Positions 19,765 to 29,111 of a stretch of 64,000 bases of DNA are shown here, in pieces (the first letter of the stretch is position 1; the number at the start of each line of letters is the position of its first letter). Origin of the DNA: a virus; the IMG/VR virus record IMGVR_UViG_3300049255_000541; one strand, written 5' to 3'. The notes beneath the pieces were generated by a model, which did not search any database, was not told where the DNA came from, and saw only the letters and a program-made list of their open reading frames with translations. A program made the translations under genes and the position numbers.

Positions 19765-20541
19765 ATGGCGGCGGACGATCCTGAGGAAGGCCTGGAGGCG
19801 GAGCTGTCGGCTACCGAGGAGAAGCCTGCGGATACGATGCAGTGTCCGGTTTGCCGGGAGACGATCAAGGCGGGTGCCAGGAAGTGCGTGGAGTGCAATT
19901 CCGATCTCGATTGGAAGCGCTATTTTACGCTGAGCAATACGACGCTGGCGCTGCTCACCGCGCTAGTCTCGGTTATCGCGACATCTTATCCCGCTATAAA
20001 AAGACTGATGACTCCGGAGAAGTCTGTGATCTCAGTTCACGTTGTCGGAAACAATGCAGACGACACCACGATGAGCCTACTTGTCTCGAATGCTGGACGG
20101 CAGACGGGTTCTCTCAACACTATCGTGTTGGCCTACTCAGGAAAGGAGGGCCTTGTGTGGAAGTTGCCACTACAGCTTCGCGGTGATGGCGTGTTGTTCG
20201 TTGAACCGCTGAAGACGGTTGGCATAACAGTTGATCTCAAAGAGATAGATTTCCACAAATCAGATTTGCCGTATCGCAGGCTTCCTGATGAGTTAGCCGC
20301 GTCAAGGCTGGCAAAGTCAAGGGTGGCAAATCATGACTTTGGCGGAGGAAAATGTGAGTTATATGTAGGGGTAGTTGACTCAAATGGCCTCGATTACCGC
20401 AACACCATAGAAATCGATTGCGAATTCGTTTTCGACTATCTGCAACGGATTTCGTCTGAGGTTGAGGATTTCAAACACCGCGCCTTCGACAAGCCCGACG
20501 CACCTAAGCCACAAAAGCCGCCGGGATCAGCAAATCCATAA
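19765..20541 (+). CDS. Inverted moron: Zn-ribbon, TM helix and periplasmic domain
   Basis: CPVC...CVEC, hydrophobic LSNTTLALLTALVSVIATSY; opposite strand to the late operon; visibly more AT-rich. Confidence 0.75.
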   Translation: MAADDPEEGLEAELSATEEKPADTMQCPVCRETIKAGARKCVECNSDLDWKRYFTLSNTTLALLTALVSVIATSYPAIKRLMTPEKSVISVHVVGNNADDTTMSLLVSNAGRQTGSLNTIVLAYSGKEGLVWKLPLQLRGDGVLFVEPLKTVGITVDLKEIDFHKSDLPYRRLPDELAASRLAKSRVANHDFGGGKCELYVGVVDSNGLDYRNTIEIDCEFVFDYLQRISSEVEDFKHRAFDKPDAPKPQKPPGSANP

Positions 20542-20875
20542 ACGGCCCGCTCTGGATCCCCATAAACCAGCACAGCCGCAGCCGCCATGAACGGAAGAGA
20601 TCTTCCCGCTCGCGCACCTCCCTGGGGTTCCGCGTCCAAACCGCGGCCTGCGACGTGCCCAACTTGGTGCTCGCCGAAGGAATGGCGGTCTCCAGGGAAT
20701 AAAGGTTGCCCAGATAGACCGTGCGGATGACCGCGATGTGGTCGGCCGTCAGCGGCGCCAGTGCGCCGCCGATCACGTCCACGGTGCCCGCCGGCAGAAC
20801 CGGCGGGTAACCGCAGAAGCGGGTGATGTCGATCACTTCCGCGGCCGACAACGGCCCGGTGTTGGTATCCGACAT
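20504..20875 (-). CDS. Head-tail adaptor/connector
   Basis: IDITRFCGYP, YLGNLYSLETAI, QAAVWTRN; downstream of the capsid gene. Confidence 0.7.
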   Translation of the reverse strand: MSDTNTGPLSAAEVIDITRFCGYPPVLPAGTVDVIGGALAPLTADHIAVIRTVYLGNLYSLETAIPSASTKLGTSQAAVWTRNPREVREREDLFRSWRLRLCWFMGIQSGPFMDLLIPAAFVA

Positions 20876-20878
20876 GGA

Positions 20879-21151
20879 TTACCCTTTCGCGCGCTTGCGT
20901 CCTGCCGGGGCGCCTGAGGCACCTTCGGCTTCCGCGTCATCACCGGTGGTCTCGGGATCTTCGGCGGTTTCCGGCTCCACTTCGTCGTAGACGATCTCGA
21001 CGTGACCAGCCTTCACCCAGGCGGCAATCACCGGGTGGTTGGGGCTGTCGAGCGTGAGCTCGCGGGTTTCCCCGGGGGCGACATAGACGAGCTTGCCCCC
21101 GTTTGCATGGAAACCGCGCGGGCTACGCGCCCGGTTGGTGACGGCGGCCAT
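20879..21151 (-). CDS. Small head-associated protein
   Basis: AVTNRARSPRGFH...VAPGETREL, typical ORF after DUF2184 capsids. Confidence 0.6.
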   Translation of the reverse strand: MAAVTNRARSPRGFHANGGKLVYVAPGETRELTLDSPNHPVIAAWVKAGHVEIVYDEVEPETAEDPETTGDDAEAEGASGAPAGRKRAKG

Positions 21152-22107
21152 TAGCAGCTACCGTCCAGGTAGACTACCGCCTTCGGCAGGCGGATGTCGG
21201 TGCCACCGAACCGGAAGATGCCCGGGATTTCCCAGACCATCGGGCCGCGCTGGAACGGGTTCGGGAGGAAGCGGAAGGGCATCGGCAGATGCAGCTTCAG
21301 CACCTCCGGGTCCTTGCGGTAGGCGATGATGCGCCCGACGCCGCCCACACCAGATGTGTCGAGGCCGCGCACGGAGCGCACGTTCAGCTGCATTCCGGTC
21401 TCGGCCGTGTACACGTTATGCTCACGGATGTAGGCAAGAATGGTCTTCTCGCTGTAGGCGTTGAACGGCGTGGTGGCGATCTGGGTGTAGTCGGCCACCG
21501 GAACCAGGACCGTGTCCGCCAGCTCGACGGTGTTGGTGCTGGTGTAGATGCCCGTCAGCGCGGCATTGAAGTCCGCCAGGATCTGCTGCGGGGTTTTGTT
21601 CACCCACAGGGAGGAATTGCCGCCGCCGTTCGCGGGAATGGGGGTGACCGTCACCTCCGGGTTGTTCACCAGGCCGACGAAGCCTTTTTCGGCGTTACCG
21701 AAAAGCGCGCTCTGGTCGATGAACTCCTCGGCCACCCGGCGCGCCACCTTCGCCTTTTCGGCGGTGAGGTTCACACCCAGCATCTGGGCCTGCATCAGCT
21801 CTTCGGTGTTGTAGCGGTAGCCGATGGCCGCCATCTCGACGCCAGTCTCGTACTTCGCGCGCATGATGTCGGCGTTCGCCACGTCGCCGCTGTTGGCGTT
21901 GAACCAGCCAGCCTGACCGACGCCGTCCATGCTGAAATATGTGACCGACGGCATCCACTCGTTGCCCTCGGTGGCCACGGGGATGATGCTGGGGTAGCGG
22001 ATGGCCGGGTAGCGGATCCGGTAGACCTCACGCTCGATGTGCGTGAGCTGTGGAATGAGGAACGCCAGCGCCTGCTGCGCGTCCATGAAGTTGGTGATGG
22101 CGTTCAT
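21151..22107 (-). CDS. Major capsid protein (DUF2184/HK97 fold)
   Basis: AFLIPQLTHIEREVY, GYRYNTEEL, GLVNNP, YRKDPEVLKLHLPMPF, RLPKAVVYLDG. Confidence 0.93.
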   Translation of the reverse strand: MNAITNFMDAQQALAFLIPQLTHIEREVYRIRYPAIRYPSIIPVATEGNEWMPSVTYFSMDGVGQAGWFNANSGDVANADIMRAKYETGVEMAAIGYRYNTEELMQAQMLGVNLTAEKAKVARRVAEEFIDQSALFGNAEKGFVGLVNNPEVTVTPIPANGGGNSSLWVNKTPQQILADFNAALTGIYTSTNTVELADTVLVPVADYTQIATTPFNAYSEKTILAYIREHNVYTAETGMQLNVRSVRGLDTSGVGGVGRIIAYRKDPEVLKLHLPMPFRFLPNPFQRGPMVWEIPGIFRFGGTDIRLPKAVVYLDGSC

Positions 22108-22141
22108 CTTTTCTCTCTCTTCGGGGGGCGGAAATCTGGAC

Positions 22142-22178
22142 AAAGAAAAGGCCGCCGGGCGGGTGTGCCGGGCGGCCT
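22142..22178 (-). terminator. Terminator-like hairpin upstream of the capsid gene
   Basis: GC stem followed by TTTTCTTT; 29/31 identical to the hairpin at 1288-1318. Confidence 0.6.
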
Positions 22179-22199
22179 GTCGGTGGGTGGCGGAGGCGG

Positions 22200-22643
22200 T
22201 TAGCCGAGGCGCAGCTTGACGATCGCGTTCGCGGCGGTGGTCGAGCTGTCGAACGTGCAATTCGGGATCTGCGTGTTCCCGGCGGAGACGTTCGTGATGT
22301 TGCCGTTGGCGTCGTAGTACGCAGGCTGACCTGCGCTCACCGCGACGGCTGCGGTCACCCACGGCACGCCCTTGGTCAGCACGGCGGCATTGCGGCCGAC
22401 CGCATACTGGTTGCCGTCATCGGCAGGCACCTGCGGGGAAACGACGGTCACACCGAGGAACACCGCGTTGGCGGCGACCGGCTGCACTTCGTCATCCCCG
22501 GCACCGCGGAAAGCCAGCACGCCGAAGGCGAGCGGGTTTACCGAGACGACGCGGGAGACGATGTTGTGGAGTTCCTGGTTTGCGACCAGGCCCGGATAGG
22601 CCGCGACGTGCGCCCCCGGGTATGAAGTCTGAACTGCGGGCAT
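22200..22643 (-). CDS. Head decoration/cement protein
   Basis: AVQTSY, LAFGVLAFRG, AVLTKGVPWV; between protease and capsid. Confidence 0.85.
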   Translation of the reverse strand: MPAVQTSYPGAHVAAYPGLVANQELHNIVSRVVSVNPLAFGVLAFRGAGDDEVQPVAANAVFLGVTVVSPQVPADDGNQYAVGRNAAVLTKGVPWVTAAVAVSAGQPAYYDANGNITNVSAGNTQIPNCTFDSSTTAANAIVKLRLG

Positions 22644-23762
22644 TTAAGCGGCTTCCTTCTCATTGGAGGGGGTTTTCCAGGCATCTTTCAGCCCGGCCAC
22701 CATCTCCGCGTAGGAGTCGGTGCGGGCGTCGCGGGTCGGAACGTGTGTCCGGAGCGCGTAGCGGACGGGATCGCGCCCGGCCGGGGCAGACATCGCGGCC
22801 AGCGTGTCGAAGGCGGCGCCGATGTAATCGTCGCTTTTCCCTCCGACGGCCTTGTCGCCCAGCTTGTGCGCCACGGCGGCCCGGCGAATTTCTGCATCGG
22901 ACTTGCCGGATGCATCGAAGCTGTCGCCCAGCACCTTGCGGGCGGAGTCGATCAGGCCAGAGCGTGCGGTGATCAGCTTGTCCAGCGCGGCGGCGTCCGG
23001 AACCTTCGCCTTCAGGGCCGCGATTTCGCCGTCCTTGGTTTCCAGGGCGGTGGTGTGCGAAGCGCGGAGAGCGGCGATTTCGCCGTCCTTGGCTTCCACT
23101 TTCGCCATGGTATCCTTCACCTGTTTGGCGAGCGTCTCGACGGCCTTCACGCTGTCGTCCGCTACCTGGATGGACACGCCATCCAGCAGAATGGTCTTGA
23201 ATTCCATTGTGGTTTCCTTGTGTGTGGGGGCTGGTGTTTCATCGCCGATGCGGCAGTCCGCCCCGGCACGTCCGCGCGCCACGATCGCGACGTGGTTTGC
23301 GCGGATGTTTCTCTGGATGGCGTCGTAAGCCTGTCCGTCGGCGGTGGTGCCTGCGGTCCAGTCGAGATCGCAGGTGTATCCGACTGACAATTCCCGTTTG
23401 CCGGACTGCACTTCATCGACGGCGGCCGCATCGGAGACCATCATCGGCACGCGCACGAACTGGCCGTCGCGCACCACATCGGATCCGACGGAACCGCGCG
23501 CGGTGGCCGACCACGTCTCCGCGGTCACCATCTTCGGAGGGTGACCCAACGTGAGCGGACGGCCTGCCAGCGACGCCATGGCGTCCGCAGCGAAGACCTC
23601 TTCTTCCGGCCTGAGGATGCGGACCATCTTCAGGTCATCACGCCCGACCTCGCGGCCGAGGTAGATCTGGATACCCGTGCGGGCGATGCGCGCGTCGGCC
23701 ACCAGGTAGCCGTCACGTGTCATCCGGGTGCCGTCGAGCACCACGGTGTCAAACATTTCCAT
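22644..23762 (-). CDS. Prohead protease/scaffold (DUF2213)
   Basis: TRDGYLVADARIARTGIQIY, PLTLGHP, GKRELSVGYTCD, NHVAIVARGRAG. Confidence 0.92.
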   Translation of the reverse strand: MEMFDTVVLDGTRMTRDGYLVADARIARTGIQIYLGREVGRDDLKMVRILRPEEEVFAADAMASLAGRPLTLGHPPKMVTAETWSATARGSVGSDVVRDGQFVRVPMMVSDAAAVDEVQSGKRELSVGYTCDLDWTAGTTADGQAYDAIQRNIRANHVAIVARGRAGADCRIGDETPAPTHKETTMEFKTILLDGVSIQVADDSVKAVETLAKQVKDTMAKVEAKDGEIAALRASHTTALETKDGEIAALKAKVPDAAALDKLITARSGLIDSARKVLGDSFDASGKSDAEIRRAAVAHKLGDKAVGGKSDDYIGAAFDTLAAMSAPAGRDPVRYALRTHVPTRDARTDSYAEMVAGLKDAWKTPSNEKEAA

Positions 23763-23771
23763 GTGGAAACC

Positions 23772-25691
23772 TCAGCTTTCGCGGATCGCGGACTGCCAGT
23801 CTTCCTGGACTTCGGCGTATTCCTCGGGGCCCAGAAGGATCGGTCCGCCGAATGGCCTGATAGCGTCCAGGTTCATTCCGGCGGGGGCCGCGTAGGTGAC
23901 GGTCACGTGCGGGACGTAACCCTCGTGATCCCATGAGGCGCCCGCATCGCGGAATGCCTGCCAGCGCTGCGCAAGTCCGGCGTCACCGAATGTCAGGACA
24001 ACCGCATCGCCGAAGCGGCGCAGTTCGCGCGCGCCGGGTGGAATGTCGGTGCCTTCCATGTCCCTTTTGGTCGCCCACCAGTCCACGGGCTGCCGCGAGA
24101 ACGCGACGGTGACGTGCATGTCATCGGGGTCGATTGTGGTGGCGAAACCCTGCTGCTTCGCCCAGGTGGCGATCTGTTCGCCGTTCAGGACGCGGCGGCT
24201 AACGTAAAGTGTACGCTTCCCTGCATCCTCGGTGGACACCATGCTTGTGGGCTTGGTGACCGTGGAAGGATTCGCGGGCTTCGAGCCGTCTGCGGGGAGC
24301 GCCGCAGGTGCCGGGGGAGCCGTGACAGGCGGTGCGTTCTCCAGGCCGTCGGCGAGGCCCGGGTAGATGTTATCGGCCACCATCTGTTGCTGGGCGGACT
24401 TAGCCAGCACCGGAAAGGGAACCGTGCCGGTCGCGGCGATCACCTGCGTGGCCTGGGCCTTCTGGAGCGAGATCGCGGCCTTCTCGGCCTCGGTCATCTG
24501 CCACAGCGGCACCCACTCGTAATCCACGGAGCCGGGGGAAACCCCGGCGTGGCGCTCGAGCGCTTCGTCAAGCCGGAGGATGTCCGGTCCGAGTTCGGTG
24601 GTCTGCTTCGAATTTACGGTGTCGTACCAGTGCCTGATGTTGCTGTCGCCCGAAGCATTCAGGCCGCCGGGCGGCTGGCCGAGAAGGCGGGTGACTGGCA
24701 TGCTGGCGGCGCCGCAGGCGACCTCGAGGAATGCCGCGAGAACCTTCGGGGTGTCGGCCAGCGAAATCTTTTTCTGCTCGTATTCCTCTTCGGCATCGAG
24801 CAGGAACATGCCGTTGATGGACTTCGCCTGCTTGGCCAGGGAGAAGCGGGCGATCATCGCCTGCCGCCAGCCCGCATCGACGGAGTTCCGCGTCAGATCA
24901 CGGATCTTCACCACATCGACTTTGGCTTCCTGCATCAGGCTGGCCAGCGCACCCTGCGCCGCGGCCGCGTTCCGCACGGCGTCGTAGACGCGCTGCAGGA
25001 TTGGGAAACCCCAACCGTCGAACTGACGGCTCATTTCCAGCTGCGGAATGCCCTGGAAGCGCACCACGCGGGACGGATGGATCTGCACCGCACCGTGAGC
25101 TGGCTCGGTCGGCGATCCTGCGGACACGATCTCGTAGAAAATTGGTTCGCCGAAATGCGGAGACAGCGGATCCCGGTCCAGTGCCCCGGCCCAGAGTTCC
25201 CAACGTGAGAGAACATGCAGGTAGGTGATGCCGCCCTTTTTCAACCTGTCGAGATCGAGAGGTTTTGAAACGTCGGTGTCCCTGGTGCCGATGTAGATCC
25301 CAGAGCCGCCGTACAGCCGCGCCTGCCTGAGCGCCGTGGCGACCTTCTGGCGCACCTTCAGCTTTTTCTCGGCCCGCTCCATGGCGGGCACTTGTTTCTT
25401 GCCGCCCTTCCATTTGCGCCAGGCGCGCGTCATGTCATCGGCGACGGCGTCGATGATCGTTCCGGCGAGCCAGTCGGAATAATACATCGCCTCCAGCTCG
25501 TGCTTCTCGAGCCAGTGATTGACGAACTGTCCGTTAGCGCCCTTGTCGGCGGCCGTCCCGAGTTGGGAGACCAGGTTCTGCAGGTTGTCCTGGAACTGCA
25601 TGACGCCCGGCAGGGCGGCGGGCATACCTGATGCCACCTGCGGAGCCCGGGTAATCAGATGGGTATCCAGAGCGTCATACAGGGACAGCAT
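23772..25691 (-). CDS. acb1: Portal protein (DUF1073) fused to a C-terminal Acb1-like 2H phosphoesterase
   Basis: Portal motifs (WLAGTIIDAVADDMTRAW, QARLYGG, HPSRV, PVTRLLGQPPGGLNASGD); Pro/Ala linker; then TLYVS..MHVTVAFSR...GASWDHEGYVPHVTVTY (two HxT motifs) at about 23772-24215. Confidence 0.88.
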   Translation of the reverse strand: MLSLYDALDTHLITRAPQVASGMPAALPGVMQFQDNLQNLVSQLGTAADKGANGQFVNHWLEKHELEAMYYSDWLAGTIIDAVADDMTRAWRKWKGGKKQVPAMERAEKKLKVRQKVATALRQARLYGGSGIYIGTRDTDVSKPLDLDRLKKGGITYLHVLSRWELWAGALDRDPLSPHFGEPIFYEIVSAGSPTEPAHGAVQIHPSRVVRFQGIPQLEMSRQFDGWGFPILQRVYDAVRNAAAAQGALASLMQEAKVDVVKIRDLTRNSVDAGWRQAMIARFSLAKQAKSINGMFLLDAEEEYEQKKISLADTPKVLAAFLEVACGAASMPVTRLLGQPPGGLNASGDSNIRHWYDTVNSKQTTELGPDILRLDEALERHAGVSPGSVDYEWVPLWQMTEAEKAAISLQKAQATQVIAATGTVPFPVLAKSAQQQMVADNIYPGLADGLENAPPVTAPPAPAALPADGSKPANPSTVTKPTSMVSTEDAGKRTLYVSRRVLNGEQIATWAKQQGFATTIDPDDMHVTVAFSRQPVDWWATKRDMEGTDIPPGARELRRFGDAVVLTFGDAGLAQRWQAFRDAGASWDHEGYVPHVTVTYAAPAGMNLDAIRPFGGPILLGPEEYAEVQEDWQSAIRES

Positions 25692-25707
25692 CGTGTGATG
25701 GATCCCT

Positions 25708-27063
25708 CTATCTGGCGCCGGTCACCCAGCTCATGGTGCTGTCGTACGTGGATCCGGTGAGCATGAGATCCGAGAAGCCCCAGATCATGGCGTCTGCCCT
25801 ATCCGGAGATTTGGTGCCCGCGTAGCCATTCGTGGAAAACAGGCAGAGCTGCTCCTCGAGATCCGGAAAGTGTCCGGCGTGCACGACAAGGCCCTGCTCG
25901 TAGAATGCAGCGATCGGCTCGGCGCGCTGCGTCTTGCCGCGGCTGGCGGTGACCAGCGTGACAGGTGCCGTGCGCTCCACGGATCTTATGTTGCTTTCCA
26001 CGAGGGCGCCGCCGAAGTTCCGTTCGGCAACAATCCGGTCGGCGCGCCAGTTTTTGGAGGCATCAACGGATTTCCGGGCCCACCCTTCCGGGCTGTAGCG
26101 TCCCGAAAGATCCGCGAGCAGGTAACCAATGTTGTCACGGTCGATGCCGACAACGCAGATGCCGATCTCGTCGGACCGTTTGTCTTCCTCTCCGGCGCAG
26201 CCGCTGGGGTCCACTGCAACGACGATGCGGCGCATCCTGTTGATGAGGGCCTGCCGCTCCGCTTCGGTAATCCACTGACGTTCGCGCCGACGGCCGATCA
26301 GGTCGGCGGTCCACATCGCGTTGTCGACCTGCGCGAGGTAGCGCCCTTCAAGGAACCGCATGCGGTCCTTCGCGGGCAACGCAGCCAGTTCTTCAAGGTA
26401 TCCTTCACCGAGGTTGCCCAAGTTATCGCCGGGGTTCATCAGGAGAGACGCGTAATCCTGCGGCCGGGAAAGCTTCTCCCCGGATTTCGGTTCGACGTTT
26501 TCCTCGAATAGCTTGTAGGTCCAGTGTGCCCGCGTCGGCGGGTTGAGATCGTAATAGGCCTTCAGCTTCAGACCGGATTTCTGCGCGAGGCGGGTGACGA
26601 CCTTGTTGCGGGCGTCATAGGAGATCTGGCTGCACTCGTTCAGATAGATCGTGCTGTGTTCCTGCCCGAGGATCTTTTCGGTGCGCTCTTTATCGTCGAG
26701 GCCGCCGAACAGGATTTGCGAGCCGTTCCAGAGTTCGGCGAACCAATCTGACTTGTTGAGCTTGTAGCGGACGTTCGGATACGCCAGCTTCATCATCTTT
26801 GGCCACGTGTCGAAAATGACCGAGGTCTTCAGATGATTGAACCGGAACCGCAAAATGGTGTGCCGGGTCTCCGGCATGATGATCGCGCGGGTAGCCGTGG
26901 CGTAGCAGAGAAGAAAAGTTTTCCCGGACCGGCTTCCGCCATACAGGCAGCAATGCCGCGCCGCGCTCGAAAGGAGGTCAACTGCAAGCTTCTGCTTTGG
27001 CGTGAGATCAAAGTCCGGCTGAGTCGGCCCTGACCGTGACAGTTGTGCCGTCCTGCCCGTCAT
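25708..27063 (-). CDS. terL: Terminase large subunit
   Basis: Walker A GGSRSGKT, YLNEC, nuclease VAVDPSG, ERNFGG, SPDRADA. Confidence 0.95.
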   Translation of the reverse strand: MTGRTAQLSRSGPTQPDFDLTPKQKLAVDLLSSAARHCCLYGGSRSGKTFLLCYATATRAIIMPETRHTILRFRFNHLKTSVIFDTWPKMMKLAYPNVRYKLNKSDWFAELWNGSQILFGGLDDKERTEKILGQEHSTIYLNECSQISYDARNKVVTRLAQKSGLKLKAYYDLNPPTRAHWTYKLFEENVEPKSGEKLSRPQDYASLLMNPGDNLGNLGEGYLEELAALPAKDRMRFLEGRYLAQVDNAMWTADLIGRRRERQWITEAERQALINRMRRIVVAVDPSGCAGEEDKRSDEIGICVVGIDRDNIGYLLADLSGRYSPEGWARKSVDASKNWRADRIVAERNFGGALVESNIRSVERTAPVTLVTASRGKTQRAEPIAAFYEQGLVVHAGHFPDLEEQLCLFSTNGYAGTKSPDRADAMIWGFSDLMLTGSTYDSTMSWVTGAR

Positions 27064-27346
27064 CGTCTTTGGCCTTCTCGCGCCAGCCGAAGCGGGTTTT
27101 CAGAACGAAGATCAGCATCGTCTTGTCGCCCTTGCGAGCCATGGCGACGGCCTGCTCCGCGAGTTCGGCGTGCAGCTGCGCCGCACCCGTGTTGATTTCG
27201 GTGCGGTAGTAACGCTTCAGCGTGCTCTCGGATGTCCCGACCCGGGTCGCGATGTCTGGCAGCGGAATACCCGCAGCTACCAAATTCTCGACCACCGCCC
27301 TGATTACAGGCGTCGGCTCATGCGGCGGACGGCCGGTCTTCGCCAT
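27008..27346 (-). CDS. terS: Terminase small subunit (HTH)
   Basis: GRPPHEPT, HTH LPDIATRVGTSESTLKRYY, IFVLKTRFGWRE. Confidence 0.85.
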   Translation of the reverse strand: MAKTGRPPHEPTPVIRAVVENLVAAGIPLPDIATRVGTSESTLKRYYRTEINTGAAQLHAELAEQAVAMARKGDKTMLIFVLKTRFGWREKAKDDDGQDGTTVTVRADSAGL

Positions 27347-27565
27347 GCGCCCGCCCTCCTCCTGGCCGGAGGCCCATGAAATGTAAAACCGCCCGGAGCA
27401 GCGCTCTACGGGCGGCGATAATAAGAACTTGGTCTACGCAAAAATCGCAGCCTATACTTTTTACTCCGGCGTTGGCTGAGATGTCAATGGAAATCCGGCA
27501 ACGTGGTATACTATTGACTTCCTACCGGCTGCGGCCTATCTCCCATCCCGAAGGAGTTCTGTGCG

Positions 27566-27847
27566 ATGTCGAGTGGTCAGAGGGAAATCGAGGCTTTCAA
27601 AGGCGGAATGGAAGCGGCGGGCAGCGTCATGATGGCGCAGGCTTTCCGCGGTCTCTTCGCGGGCATCGCCCAGGCCCGGAACGACGCAGCACGCCGCGCC
27701 TGGGCTGCGGCACCCGCCCAGGCCGCCCGGCTGGCGCACCAAATGACGACGGCCGCCATGGAAGAAGCGGCCGTCGAGCAGGCTCAGGCGAGGTCGAAGA
27801 GCGCCCAGGCTCGCCTGCGCCTGCTGCGCCTCCAGCAGGCGGCCTAG
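27566..27847 (+). CDS. Hypothetical Ala-rich helical protein
   Basis: AAGGAG RBS; TTGACT-N16-CTATCT upstream. Confidence 0.6.
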   Translation: MSSGQREIEAFKGGMEAAGSVMMAQAFRGLFAGIAQARNDAARRAWAAAPAQAARLAHQMTTAAMEEAAVEQAQARSKSAQARLRLLRLQQAA

Positions 27848-28437
27848 TAGGCGAGTTCGGCCTCCAACTCGTCATCGGTGACCACCGCCCTGCGGCTGCG
27901 GTAAGCCGACACCCTATCAGCCAGCCGGGAGTCTCTCTCGGCTGGCTTTTTCGTATCTGCGGAAGACCCCGGCTGCGGGGAGAGTTCCGCGGGCAGGCGG
28001 ACACCCGGGATACGCAGCACGTCGCCCCGCAGGTATCCGGCGAGCTGAGCAATATCTGTGTGCGCCAAAATATTGGCCTCCCCTGGCGACAGCTTCTTGA
28101 TGTAATCGATCACCCTATCATCAAGCTTCCCGGCACTGATCGGCAGACCTTCGAGACGGTCTACCAATGCGCTCTGCAGGTCCGCCGCCAAATTCATGAA
28201 GTGACTGGCGCCCTTCTCGGTCGCCGCAGCCTTGATGGCGGCCGACTGTGCGGCGGACACCGCATGATCGGCGGCCTGCTGGGGCTCATCGGCATCCGCT
28301 ACCCGTCCGCCGCCGGCCGCGCGGACCATTGATTCCCAGAGCAGGCGCGGGGCGCAGATGACAGTGTTGACGGCGGTTTCGAAAAGCCATGCGAAGGCTT
28401 TGAGTGCGCCCATGATGGCAGCGAGGATTGCACGCAT
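27844..28437 (-). CDS. Hypothetical protein
   Basis: AAGGAG RBS before MRAILAAIMG; converges on the previous ORF. Confidence 0.6.
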   Translation of the reverse strand: MRAILAAIMGALKAFAWLFETAVNTVICAPRLLWESMVRAAGGGRVADADEPQQAADHAVSAAQSAAIKAAATEKGASHFMNLAADLQSALVDRLEGLPISAGKLDDRVIDYIKKLSPGEANILAHTDIAQLAGYLRGDVLRIPGVRLPAELSPQPGSSADTKKPAERDSRLADRVSAYRSRRAVVTDDELEAELAY

Positions 28438-28531
28438 TCCCGGATCTCCTTTTTCTTTCGGCCGCCCGCGCACTGAGCTGGGCATGCAACCAAAGTCTGC
28501 TCCGGCGGCGCAACAATCAAGGAAACCGCAG

Positions 28532-28554
28532 AATTTATTAAGTTGACAGGAATT
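28532..28554. repeat. 23-bp direct repeat, copy 1 (AATTTATTAAGTTGACAGGAATT)
   Basis: Identical to 50275-50297. Confidence 0.9.
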
Positions 28555-28562
28555 GCATAGGT

Positions 28563-29111
28563 CTACCGAGGTTCCTCGGCTACCAGCCGGACGATCTCGC
28601 GGTAAACCGCCGCCAACCGCCGGGCATCCGGCAAAGCCCGGTGCACCCTCGGTCCTGAGGCATCCACTGCAGCCTCGGCGGCGCCCACCATGGAGGCCGC
28701 CATTGACTGCCACATCACCAGGGGCAGCCTTGAGAGCAGGGGCTCGAGGGCGAGTTTGTAGAGATCCTGGATTGGCGACAGCTTTACCGAAGGTAGCCCG
28801 GCTGTGTCCAAAAGGCGGTCCGACCAGCCTTGGTCAAATGAGCCGCCGTCGGCGTAGACCGTCGCCCCGGCGGTGGCCCTCATATATAGGTACGCTACAT
28901 CTGCCGACGGCATACCCCCGGCTTCAAGGTATTCCCTTGAGAGACCATGTGTAGCCTCGGCTGCGGGATCCCAATGCGACCAACCGGGTGCCGGCCGGAT
29001 GATGTGGCTTTCCCCGGTGCCGGATGGGTCGCACCAGCCGACCTCCACTGGGTAGGATCCCACATGCAGGCCGGATGCCTCAAAATCGACGATGAGATTA
29101 CGGCCGGTCAT
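28563..29111 (-). CDS. DEDD 3'-5' exonuclease
   Basis: IVDFEASG..SYPVEVGW, HGLSRE, DQGWSDRL, HRALPDA. Confidence 0.85.
   Translation of the reverse strand: MTGRNLIVDFEASGLHVGSYPVEVGWCDPSGTGESHIIRPAPGWSHWDPAAEATHGLSREYLEAGGMPSADVAYLYMRATAGATVYADGGSFDQGWSDRLLDTAGLPSVKLSPIQDLYKLALEPLLSRLPLVMWQSMAASMVGAAEAAVDASGPRVHRALPDARRLAAVYREIVRLVAEEPR

Noticed and set aside
195-27000. Many long plus-strand ORFs in the track overlapping the structural genes
   Set aside because: Shadow ORFs of GC-rich minus-strand genes; Arg/Pro/Gly-rich with no motifs or RBS (exception: 19765-20541)
27008-27063. terS/terL 56-nt overlap as a programmed frameshift
   Set aside because: terL has its own ATG at 27063 and no slippery heptamer was seen; treated as an ordinary overlap
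28538-28552. CtrA box (TTAA-N7-TTAA) within the 23-bp repeat
   Set aside because: Second half-site is GGAA, only a 2/4 match
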